Shown here: positions 24,912-33,764 of the stretch, one piece after another
Position numbering within the stretch: the first letter of the stretch is position 1
Layout of the letters: every line of letters begins with the position of its first letter
Virus record (IMG/VR): IMGVR_UViG_3300032226_000257
Location: 1-33,764 of that record
Length of the DNA stretch: 33,764 nt
Direction: 5' to 3' (one strand)
Source of the DNA: a virus
Lineage: Duplodnaviria > Caudoviricetes
Notes under the pieces: model-generated
Told to the model about the DNA's origin: nothing
The model's database searches: none
What the model saw: the letters and a program-made list of their open reading frames with translations, nothing else
Program-made: the position numbers and the translations under genes

Positions 24912-25320
24912 AGACGCTACTAACCCTATGCAGGGTGTATCAGGTCCTGGACCATACTCAAAGCGTACAGATCTTGCCTACCAGTCAGAGTCTTACGGCG
25001 ACGGCGTAAAGTATGATGCAGAGAAATCAGGCGCTCCACTCTCACGTGCACCTAAGTCACCATTACTTTCACAAGCCCCACGCATTTCAGGCGCAGGTGG
25101 CGGAGCAGCAGGTGTTGGTCTTTATGAACCATCACAGCGCCCAGGCGAAGATATTACAACAGGTGTAGATGTAGGACCAGGTGCTGGATCTGAAGCCTTA
25201 ATGATGCAGTCTAAGTTTGCTGAGCGCAAATTGTCAGATATCTTGGCAGAAATGATTCCCTACGATCCTACTGGAGAAATTCAGTACCTCTATCAAAATG
25301 CTTTGTCTAGAGGTCAGTAG
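24901..25320 (+). CDS. Putative virion / small ejection protein
   Basis: 139 aa, VSGPGPYSKRTD motif, AGGAGG RBS. Confidence 0.6.
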   Translation: MALEDATNPMQGVSGPGPYSKRTDLAYQSESYGDGVKYDAEKSGAPLSRAPKSPLLSQAPRISGAGGGAAGVGLYEPSQRPGEDITTGVDVGPGAGSEALMMQSKFAERKLSDILAEMIPYDPTGEIQYLYQNALSRGQ

Positions 25321-28300
25321 TGTCAGACTCATTGAGGGCTGCGTCATACGCAGCAGGACTGTCAGAAAAAGATAAAAGAAAAGTAGATAACCTTAGCAAA
25401 GCATTAGCCGTACACAAAAACTTGCTTGCTATGCCATCAGAGGCAGCTAACGCTATCTATAAGACACTTCCTGAATCTCAACAGCAGAATCTTGTAGACA
25501 ATTTTGGCAATGAATCAGAAGAAGAAAAGCCAAAGGGATTACTCGGTACTGCAAACCATTATACTTTTTATCAAGGCTACAAGGCACTAAACTTTCTAGC
25601 CGATAGAACTAGCCAGGCTTATCGCGCAATAGCCATACCTCTTATTGAGCGTAAGGAAATTGGGTTTGCTTGGGATGAAGCAGGCAAAGACGGCGAAAAG
25701 GTTTACAACTCTGGACGTCTTGAAGCAGCAACCAGAAAATATGGCGATGCTCAAATTAAGATTGCTCAAAAAATCAGCGAAGGCGTAGATGTAGAAGATT
25801 TAATTCAGAGCGCTACTGAAGAAGAAAAGTATTATCTTCGTATTGCAGATCCTAGAAATAAAGAATCAAACAGAGAAGCAAGAGAAGAATTTGACGAAGC
25901 ACTAAATGCTGTTAATGCTGCAAAGTTTTCTCCTGGTCGCCAACTAGCAAACCTTGTCGATATTGCAACACCTGGTGATTTTTACGAACAGGGCTTCTTT
26001 TACAAGATGGTATCTGGCGTTGGCGATGCTATATTCCGTTTACGCACAGACCCTTTTCTTGTACTAAGTAAAGCAAAAAGACTTTACGATATTAACCATT
26101 ACGCGGTTGATGTAGTCGCATCACAGGCTGGTGGTAAAGGCGTAAGATTTGATAAGTACTTTGACCAACCTTCAACCATAGAGTTATGGGATAAAGCAGG
26201 CGCTTCTCTTAAAAAACTAAAAGAAGCCAAAGGCAAGAACCCTCAAGCTGCAGCAGAAGCAAGAAAAGAACTTGCTATACTTATGCCAGAATTTGGCCCA
26301 AGAGTAATAGATGAGTTTATTAAGGGACCTGCTCCTATCACAAGCGTTACTACCGCTAAGGCTTGGTTTGAAAACAGTAGAGATGTCTTAAAGGTCGTTA
26401 CTGAAGGAGCCGTAGCTCGTCAAAGAGTTATTTTGCCTCGTATGACTCCTTCTCGCAAGGCACGAGTATTTACACTAACTCAGGCAAACAAAGTCTTTGA
26501 TATTGGGAAAGTATCTCCAACCCTAGTGAACGCAGTATTTGGTTCTCCAAATAACGCAGATGGTTTACTTGACGATCTTGTTAATATGGAACCTGGTAAG
26601 TTAAGAGAAGCTCTAGATGGTGTTAGAGTAAAAGGAACTGCTAGATTTTCTATGCTTCAAATAGCATATGGTCTGGACAAGATTAAACGATCATTGACTC
26701 CAGTACCAATGTTTAAGAATGAAGAGTTTGACTTACTTGCAAAAGATGCACCAGACCAAATCTATCGTCTTGCTGCAATCTTTATGCCTACAAACTTTGC
26801 TTCATTGATGAAGGAAGTATATTCTGGAACAGATTCTATCGCTAAGAAAATGAGTCTGTACCAAGCACTCTTAAAGCAGACCAACAATGCTAGAGGTTTA
26901 GATTTAACAGATACCGGAAATACAGTATCTAGAATCCTGAGCAGAAAAGGTGATGTTCGCTACGGTCTAGGCGAAGGTGAATTGTCTAGAAAAGCGTTAT
27001 TACCTAGTGAGATGAATACAACAGTCTCTGCTCCAAGCCTTGCAGATTTAGATATTCTAGCAGGCAAGAGCACCATTGCAAAAGTGGTACTAGGAACAGC
27101 TAACAGCAAATGGGTAGAAAGCATTACCAATGGTTGGTCATTCTTAACTCTTGCAGGTCCTCGTTATGCAATTAGAAATGCTGGCGAAGACTTAATGATT
27201 GGTCTTGCTATAGGAACAAGCCCTTGGGGTCTTGCAAAGCAAAGATATGTTTCCACTAGACTCAATACAGTCTTGCAAACCGCAAAAGGGCTAGACAAGA
27301 TGGAAGCCTTTGCTGCAAATCCACTTGGCGTTATGCTTCGTTTTGTAAATAAAAAAGAAGCAGAGAGTAACGCAGCAAAAATAAAGGCTCTTGATGAAGA
27401 GATAGTCACAGGAAGAGAAGAACTCTTCCGTCTCAAAAAAGAACTTTATAGTATGACTGCGGTAACGTATGATGCTAAGAAGTCAAAAGAACTCGCTAAA
27501 CAAATTTCAGATTTAGAAGATAGAATTGAAGGTGGAGTTGCTGGTCAAGTCAGAAAGATAATGGCAGAATCTTTATCTAAGGGCAAGATAGACACCTTCC
27601 TTCGCCAATTTGGAATTAAACTTGTAGACGACGAGTCTATTGATATTTTAACTGACCAGGTTATTTACGGAAATATCGACAATCTTTTATCTGAGGTATC
27701 TGAAGGTGCAGGAAACTTTGCCACAGGTTCTACCTACAACGAATCTGCACTGCAGTTAGTCAAGGATCTTGGAGTAGACGTTAGACCACTTAGACTGGAT
27801 TTAACTACTTCAAAAAACAGATACACAGTAGCTGCTAACAAGGCAGGCTTTGGTACCAGAGCGATTACTAGCGACAAGAGCGAATCCTCATTAGTTGGGT
27901 ACCTCCTACGTTTAAGCTTTTATGGCAACGATGAACTTGGTTCTCTTGCTTTGGCGAACGCAGACCTTCCTGAAGAGCAGACAATGAAGATACTTCTTAA
28001 TTGGCTAAGAGACTCACGAGGCACAAAATTAAAGTCTGAAGCAACTGCAATCAATGAACTTGATGTAGATGACATTACATATGCAAGAGAAGTCCTCAAT
28101 AGAGCTAAGCAGTTAATTACACGCAGGTCAGATGGAACAGTCAACAAGGAACTTTTAGATAAGATTCGCCAGTATGACCCATCTACTCCTTTGGGAACTG
28201 GTGTTAAGACCTATACTATTACAGGTAAACTAGGTTTGGACGATGTTCGAGGCCTTGATATCGATGACTTGCCAGCAGAATACGTTGGTCCAGAATTAGT

Positions 28301-30188
28301 TCCTGTTGTTGAAGAGTCACAGCGTACCTATAACCTGATGAAAAACGGTTGGGTTTGGCTTGGTCTTGCTAATGCACGTCTATCACGTCAGCCTATGGCT
28401 CTTTATGAAGCAGTTCGTATCCGTAAGGAAATGAGAAGCAGCGGTTTTGAGCAGAAGTTTATTGACGACTGGACAAAAGGCTTTAGCGAAGGAAGTCCTA
28501 ACTACGCAGCTGCAGTAAAAGCTGCTAAAACAGAGCTAGCAAAGGCTGCAGAAGAACGAGCAATCGGACAAGTATTGTCTTATGTGGACAATCCTTTGAT
28601 TAGATCTCAGGGTTCATTTGCTATCCGTAACTTTGCACGTTTCTACCGTGCTCAAGAAGACTTCTATAGAAGACTAGGTCGCCTTGCAAGATACAATCCA
28701 GAGGCGTTTGCAAAAGCCGCTGCAGTATTTGATGGCATAGACCACAATGGATTTATCCAGAAGGATGACCAGGGTAATTCTTATTTTGTTTACCCTCACT
28801 TTGCTCCTGGATACAGGGCAGTGCAAGTTGCACTAAAGGGAATGGGCATACCTCAAGACTTCAAGGTGCCATTCCCAGTACAGTTTGGTGGGTCTATTAA
28901 GATGCTCACACCATCTTTGAACCCAGACTCAATTCTTCCAACATTCTCTGGACCATTAGCTGCGCTATCTGTTACAACGCTAACCAACGTAGCAAACTTC
29001 TTGCCGTTTGAGGGAGCACAGCAGAACGCAGATACAATTACAGGTATGGTTTTAGGTAAGTATGCAGTAGATCAACCTCTTCTATCTAGACTAATGCCTG
29101 CTCACGTCAACCGAGCCATATCTGCTTTGAATCAAGATGAGAGAGATTCTCAGTATGCTTCTGCATACCGTAAAGCAATCACATATCTAGAAGCATCAGG
29201 TAATGGTTTGCAAGAAAAGATTGATGCAAACGGAAATGTAATAGCACCATCTCTTGCTGAAAGAGAAGCTTACAGAGAGAAGCTAAAGAATACGACTTTG
29301 TCTATTCTTGCTGTACGTTTTGTATACGGCTTCTTTGCACCTGCTTCACCATCAGTACAGTTAAAATCAGAAATGTCAGACTGGATTAGAGATTCCGATA
29401 GGGCTAGCTGGAAGCAAGTCTGGTACGGATTGCTTGAAAAGAACAATGGCAACACAGATGCGGCTATGCAAAAGTGGGTAGAACTATACCCAAATCAGGT
29501 TCCATACACTGTATCTGAATCAGAGCGCAAGACTGTTGCTTACTTCCAATCAGCTGAAGACGCAGGCAAGTTTGTTGATGAGAATGGCGAACTGTTCAAA
29601 ACTTACAAAGACGGTGCAGCTTTCTTGATTCCGCATCAAGGAGCATTCTCTTGGGACGCCTATAAGACTATGAAAGATATGGGCTTAAGAGAGAATAAAA
29701 GAGTAGAAGACTACTTGTTGGAAGTACAGACAGCGGCTGATGCTCAGACTTATTACGACAGAAAAGATGAGTTCGATAACTCTATTACCAATATAGTAGA
29801 TCCAGAAACCAGGAAGATACTTCGCAGACAGTACAATACCTGGAAAGATACCTATATGGCAGGCCGTCCAATGCTAGAAGAATATCTAGGCAAGGGTAGA
29901 GAAAAGGCAATAGAAAGAGTTAGAGCACTAGATGATTTATCAGCTATGCTTGATGACCCTAGATTCTCAAACATCCGACCTTCTACACAAAATGTTCTAC
30001 GTGAAATGGTAGAAGCTTACCAAGGATATGTAAAGCAAAAAGATGTGTTTGATTTAATCGGTGGAAACGCTGACACCATAGATGTCATTAGGACTGGAAC
30101 ACTAAGAAGAATAAAAGACTTGTCTGGTTTTAATGAAAACACAATGGCAGCATATATGTCCATATTTAGTAGATTGCTAGGAGAGTAA
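25320..30188 (+). CDS. Large internal virion (DNA ejection) protein
   Basis: 1622 aa, helical, in the head module; functional call from size and position only. Confidence 0.6.
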   Translation: MSDSLRAASYAAGLSEKDKRKVDNLSKALAVHKNLLAMPSEAANAIYKTLPESQQQNLVDNFGNESEEEKPKGLLGTANHYTFYQGYKALNFLADRTSQAYRAIAIPLIERKEIGFAWDEAGKDGEKVYNSGRLEAATRKYGDAQIKIAQKISEGVDVEDLIQSATEEEKYYLRIADPRNKESNREAREEFDEALNAVNAAKFSPGRQLANLVDIATPGDFYEQGFFYKMVSGVGDAIFRLRTDPFLVLSKAKRLYDINHYAVDVVASQAGGKGVRFDKYFDQPSTIELWDKAGASLKKLKEAKGKNPQAAAEARKELAILMPEFGPRVIDEFIKGPAPITSVTTAKAWFENSRDVLKVVTEGAVARQRVILPRMTPSRKARVFTLTQANKVFDIGKVSPTLVNAVFGSPNNADGLLDDLVNMEPGKLREALDGVRVKGTARFSMLQIAYGLDKIKRSLTPVPMFKNEEFDLLAKDAPDQIYRLAAIFMPTNFASLMKEVYSGTDSIAKKMSLYQALLKQTNNARGLDLTDTGNTVSRILSRKGDVRYGLGEGELSRKALLPSEMNTTVSAPSLADLDILAGKSTIAKVVLGTANSKWVESITNGWSFLTLAGPRYAIRNAGEDLMIGLAIGTSPWGLAKQRYVSTRLNTVLQTAKGLDKMEAFAANPLGVMLRFVNKKEAESNAAKIKALDEEIVTGREELFRLKKELYSMTAVTYDAKKSKELAKQISDLEDRIEGGVAGQVRKIMAESLSKGKIDTFLRQFGIKLVDDESIDILTDQVIYGNIDNLLSEVSEGAGNFATGSTYNESALQLVKDLGVDVRPLRLDLTTSKNRYTVAANKAGFGTRAITSDKSESSLVGYLLRLSFYGNDELGSLALANADLPEEQTMKILLNWLRDSRGTKLKSEATAINELDVDDITYAREVLNRAKQLITRRSDGTVNKELLDKIRQYDPSTPLGTGVKTYTITGKLGLDDVRGLDIDDLPAEYVGPELVPVVEESQRTYNLMKNGWVWLGLANARLSRQPMALYEAVRIRKEMRSSGFEQKFIDDWTKGFSEGSPNYAAAVKAAKTELAKAAEERAIGQVLSYVDNPLIRSQGSFAIRNFARFYRAQEDFYRRLGRLARYNPEAFAKAAAVFDGIDHNGFIQKDDQGNSYFVYPHFAPGYRAVQVALKGMGIPQDFKVPFPVQFGGSIKMLTPSLNPDSILPTFSGPLAALSVTTLTNVANFLPFEGAQQNADTITGMVLGKYAVDQPLLSRLMPAHVNRAISALNQDERDSQYASAYRKAITYLEASGNGLQEKIDANGNVIAPSLAEREAYREKLKNTTLSILAVRFVYGFFAPASPSVQLKSEMSDWIRDSDRASWKQVWYGLLEKNNGNTDAAMQKWVELYPNQVPYTVSESERKTVAYFQSAEDAGKFVDENGELFKTYKDGAAFLIPHQGAFSWDAYKTMKDMGLRENKRVEDYLLEVQTAADAQTYYDRKDEFDNSITNIVDPETRKILRRQYNTWKDTYMAGRPMLEEYLGKGREKAIERVRALDDLSAMLDDPRFSNIRPSTQNVLREMVEAYQGYVKQKDVFDLIGGNADTIDVIRTGTLRRIKDLSGFNENTMAAYMSIFSRLLGE

Positions 30189-30192
30189 ATAA

Positions 30193-31578
30193 ATGGCTAG
30201 CCTTAAAGAGCTGTTGGCAGATGCCAAGGCCAAAGAACTCGACCTTAAGAATAAAAAGGCAGCACTTAGAACAGCCTCTAAATTTACTGGATCAAGGTAT
30301 GACAGTTTCAGAGAAAACCCTAAGAACAAAAGTCAGGTCGATGAATTAAGAGCACGTCAAGCTGAGGCTCAGAAAGCAGTCAAGGAAGCAGAAGATGCTT
30401 TTAAGGCTGCCAAAAAACTTGCTGATGATTTGGCTGAGGAAAGACGATTAAATCCAAATGCTGAAGAGAAGCAAAGATTAGCAGACGAAGCAGCCCGCAA
30501 GGGTGAGGTTTATGAGGGGCCAGAAGGAACCCAGTCAACTAATGTTGACATTGGTGACTTCACAAAGAAGATAGAAGTAGCCGGAAGATACATCGCAGAA
30601 TTAGGCGATCCAGGTAGGAAGCAACTAGCCCAGCAGTTAAATGCTGTCTATGGATTAAAGATTCCTGTCACTGGAAAGTATTCTGCAGAATTAAAGAATG
30701 CTTACATTAAGGCATTATCTGATAACCTAGTACGCGCTACTGACTTTAACGAGAACATACCTTTTGAACAGTTCCTGGTAATAGCGGAAAAAGAAGGAAC
30801 ATACAGACGTCCTGGTGGCGAAGGCGGCGAGAATGACCCATTTGGTTCGCTTGCTGTTTGGGATAAAACTAAGACTAAAACTGAACTAACCGCACTCTTT
30901 AACGAGCTAGGTCTTGACAGAGATCCTACTGAAAAAGAAATAAACAATATCTTTGCCAAGCTCGACAAGAAACAAAAAGAGCAAAAGGCTACCGTAACTA
31001 AATACAAGATGATTAACGGTGTGCGTACTCAAGTAACTACACCTGGCTTTAATCAAGCAGCGTTTATTGTTGACCTTGTCAAGAATACCCAAGAGTATAA
31101 AGATCTTGTTGCCAAGAAGGCTACACAAGAAGAGAGCAAGAACCTTGCATCTGCTCAAACTTTGAGAAGCGTAGCAGATAAAAACGGTATCACTTTAGGT
31201 CAAGAACAGTTAGATACCTTTGTCAATAGAGTTAAAAAGGGTGAGGATATTAACCTTGTAGCAAATGATATCCGCAGGCTTGCCGCTATTGGCCAGCCAG
31301 ATAACATTAAGAAGTTAATTGACCAAGGCGTTGACTTAGCAACCATCTACGACCCATACAAGAAACTAATGGGTGGTGTGTTAGAAATCAATCCTAATTC
31401 AATTCCTTTGAATGACCCAACACTTCGTATGGCTATCGGGCCAGACAAAGAAATGTCTTTGTATGAGTATCAGAGAATGCTACGCAAGGACAATCGTTGG
31501 CAGTACACTGATCAAGCACGTACCGAAGCAGCTGATGTTGCTAAGACCGTGCTCCGAGACTTCGGATTTATGGGGTAA
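30193..31578 (+). CDS. Putative internal virion protein
   Basis: 461 aa, coiled-coil N-terminus, ends LRKDNRWQYT...VLRDFGFMG. Confidence 0.55.
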   Translation: MASLKELLADAKAKELDLKNKKAALRTASKFTGSRYDSFRENPKNKSQVDELRARQAEAQKAVKEAEDAFKAAKKLADDLAEERRLNPNAEEKQRLADEAARKGEVYEGPEGTQSTNVDIGDFTKKIEVAGRYIAELGDPGRKQLAQQLNAVYGLKIPVTGKYSAELKNAYIKALSDNLVRATDFNENIPFEQFLVIAEKEGTYRRPGGEGGENDPFGSLAVWDKTKTKTELTALFNELGLDRDPTEKEINNIFAKLDKKQKEQKATVTKYKMINGVRTQVTTPGFNQAAFIVDLVKNTQEYKDLVAKKATQEESKNLASAQTLRSVADKNGITLGQEQLDTFVNRVKKGEDINLVANDIRRLAAIGQPDNIKKLIDQGVDLATIYDPYKKLMGGVLEINPNSIPLNDPTLRMAIGPDKEMSLYEYQRMLRKDNRWQYTDQARTEAADVAKTVLRDFGFMG

Positions 31579-31580
31579 CA

Positions 31581-32834
31581 ATGGCTAAACGTAGACTAGA
31601 ACCCACTGTTACTATTGGTGGAGCACCAGCTGGGTACAAACCAGAAACAACTTTGCAATCTACTGCAACTTTAGGTGGAGCACCTGCTGTATATCGGCAA
31701 GTTACAACACCTAATTACATTACTGGTGCGGGTGTTCCTGGGGTTTCACCAGCTCCACAGGTTCCACAGGCTACGCCTTATCGTGGATTCCGCGCCGCAG
31801 AGGACGAGTCCAATATTGGCGCACCTGTCTACACACCATCAAGTTTAACGCAAACTGGTGAGTTTATAGAAGAAGACGAAAATAAAAGAAATACAGAAGA
31901 CGCTACACAAAGACTTCTTTTAGAACGTCAAATAGCTGCAGAAGAAGAAGCAGACCGTCGTGATCGTCAGTCTGCCTATGACATTCTTTACAACGAATTT
32001 AATAAATATGGATTAGGTAGCCTAGTAGAAGACATCAAGTATCTTTTACAGTCAAACGTATCTCCATCGCAGTTTGCTCTGGAACTACAGAATACCAAGG
32101 CTTACCAACAGCGTTTCTCCGCTAACCAGAACCGTATCAAGTCTGGGCTTCGCGCCTTAACTCCAGCAGAGTATATTGGACTAGAGGACCAGTACCAGAA
32201 CATTATGCGTAACTACGGGCTACCTGCATCTTATTACACTAAGGACACTACTGGTAAGCAATCAGGATTTGACAAGTTCCTAGAAGGCGATGTTTCTGCT
32301 TCTGAACTAGAAGATCGGATTATCACCGCACAAGACCGAGTACTAAAGTCTAACCCAGAAGTTCTTAATACTCTTAAAGCTTTCTATGGCAGCACTATTA
32401 CTAATGGTGATATCTTGGCTTACACACTTGACCCACAGAATGCACTTAAGGATATTCAACGTAAGGTAACGGCTGCTGAAATCGGTGGCGCTGCAACTGC
32501 TGCTGGTCTAAGTATCGGTAAGACTGCAGAAGAAATCGCAGCATCTGAGGCTAGAGCGCAGATGCTTGCAGGTTACGGCGTAACTAAGCAAGCAGCTATG
32601 ACTGGATTCCAAACAGTTGCTGATATTGCACCACGTGGTGGCGAACTTGCTGCATTCTATAACCGTCCTACATATGGCCAGATGGAAGCAGAACAAGAAG
32701 TGTTTAATCTAGAAGGAGCAGCTGCTGCTCGTAAGAAACGTCAACAACTTACAGCACTTGAGCAAGCATCCTTTAGCGGATCATCAGGTGCATCACAAGG
32801 AGCACTATCCCGCGATAGAGCTGGAAACATATAA
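31581..32834 (+). CDS. Putative internal virion protein
   Basis: 417 aa; low-complexity N-terminus with a duplicated (I/L)GGAPA.Y; helical core. Confidence 0.55.
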   Translation: MAKRRLEPTVTIGGAPAGYKPETTLQSTATLGGAPAVYRQVTTPNYITGAGVPGVSPAPQVPQATPYRGFRAAEDESNIGAPVYTPSSLTQTGEFIEEDENKRNTEDATQRLLLERQIAAEEEADRRDRQSAYDILYNEFNKYGLGSLVEDIKYLLQSNVSPSQFALELQNTKAYQQRFSANQNRIKSGLRALTPAEYIGLEDQYQNIMRNYGLPASYYTKDTTGKQSGFDKFLEGDVSASELEDRIITAQDRVLKSNPEVLNTLKAFYGSTITNGDILAYTLDPQNALKDIQRKVTAAEIGGAATAAGLSIGKTAEEIAASEARAQMLAGYGVTKQAAMTGFQTVADIAPRGGELAAFYNRPTYGQMEAEQEVFNLEGAAAARKKRQQLTALEQASFSGSSGASQGALSRDRAGNI

Positions 32835-32842
32835 CAGACCTG

Positions 32843-32928
32843 CCACTAGAACCACCGGCCTAGTGGAGCGACAACAATACCGGTAGTAGGAGCCACGCTG
32901 GAGATCCCCAGAACTGCGTGAGGCCTGC
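32843..32928 (+). ncRNA. Structured leader (H-type pseudoknot plus stem-loop) upstream of the scaffold gene
   Basis: CCACTAG/CTAGTGG stem; loop ACCGG complementary to downstream CCGGT; nested GTAGG/CCTGC, CACG(C)/(G)CGTG and CTGG/CCAG stems. Confidence 0.5.
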
Positions 32929-32956
32929 GTTAACTATAACGAATGGGAGATGGACT

Positions 32957-33424
32957 ATGTCCAACTACGAGTACGAGGACGACGATGACGATGTCACCAC
33001 AAGTGACAACGGAAATGATCTCGTCAAACAGCTGCGTAAAGCAGCAAAGCAAAAGGATAAGGAACTCGCTGAGCTTCGTGCACAGTTCGAGGGAGTATCC
33101 AAAGCACAACGTGAACGAAACATTAAGGACGTTCTCGAATCTCGCGGAGTGAATAGCAAAATTGCTAAATTCATTCCATCGGACTTAGACCCAACTGAGG
33201 AGTCTTTGTCTAAGTGGCTTGACGAAAACGGAGACGTTTTTGGTTTTTCCACTGAATCCAACCAGCCTGTCGTCGACCCAGCCCAAGCTGCGGCGTATAA
33301 GCGAATGAATAGTGTTACTGAGCAAGGGTTAACTCCTGATGCTTCAGATGACATTATGCGTCGCCTTATGAACGCTAACAGCAAGGAAGAACTGGACGAT
33401 ATTATTAGACAGTCTGGACTCTAA
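32957..33424 (+). CDS. Capsid scaffolding protein
   Basis: 155 aa; acidic N-terminus and coiled coil; immediately upstream of the major capsid gene; GGGAG RBS before ATG 32957. Confidence 0.8.
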   Translation: MSNYEYEDDDDDVTTSDNGNDLVKQLRKAAKQKDKELAELRAQFEGVSKAQRERNIKDVLESRGVNSKIAKFIPSDLDPTEESLSKWLDENGDVFGFSTESNQPVVDPAQAAAYKRMNSVTEQGLTPDASDDIMRRLMNANSKEELDDIIRQSGL

Positions 33425-33448
33425 CCAACAACCGAAAGGCATAACCTA

Positions 33449-33764
33449 ATGGCAGTTCCAGATGGTACGCTGACCGGCACATCCGCAGTAAGCAACCTAG
33501 TCAGAACAGCGTATGATCAATACGTTCGTATGGCACTACGTAGCATTCCAGTAATGCGCTCACTTGCAGATGTCAAGCCAGTCCAGCAAGCAATGCCAGG
33601 TTCATCAGTTGTATTCTCAATCTATTCAGACTTAGCTCAGGCTACTTCTACATTGACAGAAGCAACCGATGTATCTTCTATTGCTCTTGGTAATCCAAAC
33701 CAGATTACAGTTACACTCAATGAATACGGCTCAGCCGTAACCACAACTAAGAAGCTCAATATGA
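33449..33764 (+). CDS. Major capsid protein (5' part, truncated by window end; N4 gp56-like)
   Basis: MAVPDGTLTGTSAVSNLVRTAYD...MPGSSVVFSIYSDL...LTE...VTLNEYG, open to the end of the window; GAAAGG RBS. Confidence 0.88.
   Translation, partial: MAVPDGTLTGTSAVSNLVRTAYDQYVRMALRSIPVMRSLADVKPVQQAMPGSSVVFSIYSDLAQATSTLTEATDVSSIALGNPNQITVTLNEYGSAVTTTKKLNM

Noticed and set aside
25320-30188. Virion RNA polymerase or tape-measure identity for the 1622 aa protein
   Set aside because: No polymerase catalytic motifs or tape-measure repeats recognised, and no tail tube or chaperone genes nearby.

Overview
Most of the genome of a tailed dsDNA phage, probably podovirus-like (no tape measure or sheath seen; three large putative ejection proteins) and circularly permuted relative to this window. 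The host is inferred to be an actinobacterium from WhiB, a CGAAC-N4-GTTCG LexA box, an actinobacterial-type transglycosylase and a split primase like that of cluster A mycobacteriophages. Layout: tail, fibre and lysis genes (+, 43-7839); a two-gene minus-strand unit (Zn-finger protein and HNH); a replication/regulation operon (+, 8616-16022: proteasome-beta-like protease, Cas4-like nuclease, WhiB, DnaB/RecA-like helicase, resolvase, split primase, sigma factor, two methyltransferases); a minus-strand putative early operon of about 21 very small, often Cys-rich genes (19763-16087); a ~700 bp non-coding control region; then terminase, portal, internal proteins, scaffold and the start of the major capsid gene. 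No DNA polymerase, integrase, tRNA or CRISPR array was seen. The strongest unexplained signals are: (1) a canonical type II hammerhead ribozyme between the first two early genes, whose downstream product would start with two hairpins; (2) a dense array of different host-regulator-like sites (LexA box, four DnaA boxes, CRP-like site, several palindromes) next to the early promoter, possibly a transcription-factor decoy or origin; (3) a pseudoknotted leader before the scaffold gene; (4) a possible overprinted gene inside the transglycosylase gene. All product calls come from motif recognition and synteny; no database search was run.
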